DNA from: Gammaproteobacteria bacterium
GTDB taxonomy: Bacteria > Pseudomonadota > Gammaproteobacteria > S144-34
Reading direction: 5' to 3'
Length of the DNA stretch: 64,000 nucleotides
Assembly (NCBI GenBank): GCA_026989495.1
Contig: JALSJE010000067.1
Location: 282-64,281, forward strand
In this document: one piece after another, positions 62,708 to 64,000 of the stretch
Position numbering within the stretch: the first letter of the stretch is position 1
Layout: every line of letters starts with the position of its first letter
The notes under the pieces: model-generated
What the model was told of the DNA's origin: nothing
Database searches by the model: none
Seen by the model: the letters and a program-made list of their open reading frames with translations, nothing else
Translations under genes and position numbers: made by a program

Positions 62708-64000
62708 ATGAGTGAGGAGAAGGTCTATCCGGTGCCCCCCGAGGTGGCCGCGCGCGCCTGGATCACCGAGAAGCAGTACCAGGAGATGTATGCGCGCTCC
62801 CTGCAGGACCCGGAGGGCTTCTGGGCCGAGCAGGCGCGCGCGTTCGTCACCTGGCACCGGGAGTGGGACCGCGTCCTCGACTGGGACTACTCCCGCGGCC
62901 ACATCCGCTGGTTCGAGGGCGCCCAGCTCAACGCCTGCCACAACTGCGTGGACCGCCACCTGGAGGCCCGCGGCGACCAGGTCGCCATCATCTGGGAGGG
63001 CGACGACCCGGCCCAGGACCGGCGCATCACCTATCGCGAGCTGCACGAGCAGGTCTGCCGCCTGGCCAACGCCCTCAAGGCGCGCGGCGTCGGGAAGGGC
63101 GACCGCGTCTGCATCTACATGCCCATGATCCCGGAGGCGGCCTACGCCATGCTCGCCTGCGCGCGCATCGGGGCCATCCATTCGGTGGTCTTCGGCGGCT
63201 TCTCGCCCGAGTCCCTCAAGGACCGCATCCTCGACTCCGACTGCCGCACCGTCATCACCGCCGACGAGGGCGTGCGTGGGGGCAGGCGCGTGCCGCTCAA
63301 ACGCAACACCGACGAGGCCCTTCGGCACTGCCCCGACGTGCACACGGTCCTCGTGGTGCGGCGCACCGGGGCCGACATCCCGTGGCAGGAAGGGCGCGAC
63401 GTCTGGTACCACGAAGCGGTGGAGGCCGCCTCCACCGAGTGCGCACCCGAGGTGATGGACGCCGAGGACCCGCTCTTCATCCTCTACACCTCAGGCTCCA
63501 CCGGCAAGCCCAAGGGCGTGCTGCACACCACGGGCGGCTACCTGCTCTACGCCGCCATCACGCACAAGTACGTCTTCGACTACCACGACGGCGACATCTA
63601 CTGGTGCACCGCCGACGTGGGCTGGATCACGGGCCACAGCTACATCGTCTACGGGCCGCTGGCCAACGGCGCCACCACGCTCATGTTCGAGGGCGTGCCC
63701 ACCTGGCCCAGCCCCTCGCGCTTCTGGGAGGTGGTGGACAAGCACCAGGTCAACATCTTCTACACCGCGCCCACCGCCATCCGCGCCCTCATGCGCGAGG
63801 GCGACGAGCCCGTCAAGCGCACCTCGCGCAGGAGCCTGCGGCTGCTCGGCACCGTGGGCGAGCCCATCAACCCCGAGGCCTGGGAGTGGTACTACCACGT
63901 GGTGGGTGAAAGCCGCTGTCCCATCGTGGACACCTGGTGGCAGACCGAGACCGGCGGTATCCTCATCACGCCCCTGCCGGGCGTCACCGCCCTCAAGCCC
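62708..64000 (+). CDS. acs: acetyl-CoA synthetase (partial; continues beyond the window end)
   Basis: [32 protein letters not shown]... collinear with Acs. The AMP-binding motif [12 protein letters not shown] is present. No stop codon before the window end. Confidence 0.9.
   Translation, partial: MSEEKVYPVPPEVAARAWITEKQYQEMYARSLQDPEGFWAEQARAFVTWHREWDRVLDWDYSRGHIRWFEGAQLNACHNCVDRHLEARGDQVAIIWEGDDPAQDRRITYRELHEQVCRLANALKARGVGKGDRVCIYMPMIPEAAYAMLACARIGAIHSVVFGGFSPESLKDRILDSDCRTVITADEGVRGGRRVPLKRNTDEALRHCPDVHTVLVVRRTGADIPWQEGRDVWYHEAVEAASTECAPEVMDAEDPLFILYTSGSTGKPKGVLHTTGGYLLYAAITHKYVFDYHDGDIYWCTADVGWITGHSYIVYGPLANGATTLMFEGVPTWPSPSRFWEVVDKHQVNIFYTAPTAIRALMREGDEPVKRTSRRSLRLLGTVGEPINPEAWEWYYHVVGESRCPIVDTWWQTETGGILITPLPGVTALKP

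Overview
The window is a very high-GC (about 70%) bacterial chromosomal segment. Gene content and synteny (yoaA-tsaB, mrcB-lpoP, E. coli-type motAB, Mla-like ABC system) suggest a gammaproteobacterium. Left to right it contains the following.

- **1-14.1 kb:** a Tad/Flp (type IVc) pilus locus on the minus strand. In order from high to low coordinate it carries a flp prepilin, a tadG-like gene, a secreted unknown, a tadE-like gene, a second secreted unknown, a second flp, cpaB, the cpaC secretin, an FHA-fused cpaF/tadA ATPase, tadB, tadC, a DUF192 gene and a membrane FHA protein. It is flanked divergently by an Lnt (apolipoprotein N-acyltransferase) paralog with a C-terminal extension and by a Hanks-type Ser/Thr kinase.
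- **14-19.5 kb:** a thioredoxin-like protein, an Mla-like ABC/MCE lipid-transport operon whose permease is STAS-fused, and dusA.
- **19.7-28.7 kb:** putP, acuI, metX, and an accessory-looking stretch with two vapBC toxin-antitoxin modules, a Yippee/CULT-like zinc protein, a DUF819 transporter and an RluA-family pseudouridine synthase. Three copies of a roughly 165 bp multi-hairpin repeat are interspersed here; a fourth, inverted and truncated, lies at 55.2 kb.
- **28.8-39.7 kb:** a complete group-3b-like soluble [NiFe] hydrogenase operon (hyhBGSL) plus a maturation protease and hypEFDBAC.
- **39.8-53.3 kb:** housekeeping genes: ybhB, tsaB, yoaA, mrcB with an overlapping LpoP-like TPR lipoprotein, an APH/P-loop kinase, a DsrE-like protein, DUF72, an HDOD regulator, and motAB behind a sigma-28-like promoter.
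- **53.3-64 kb:** two decayed ArnT-like glycosyltransferase remnants, a TlpA thioredoxin, a 1173-aa NfnAB-like fused oxidoreductase, a 5'-nucleotidase, a B12-binding radical SAM protein and the start of acs.

No rRNA, tRNA or CRISPR array was recognised. Many long ORFs in the six-frame track are antisense or alternative-frame shadows typical of high-GC DNA and were rejected.
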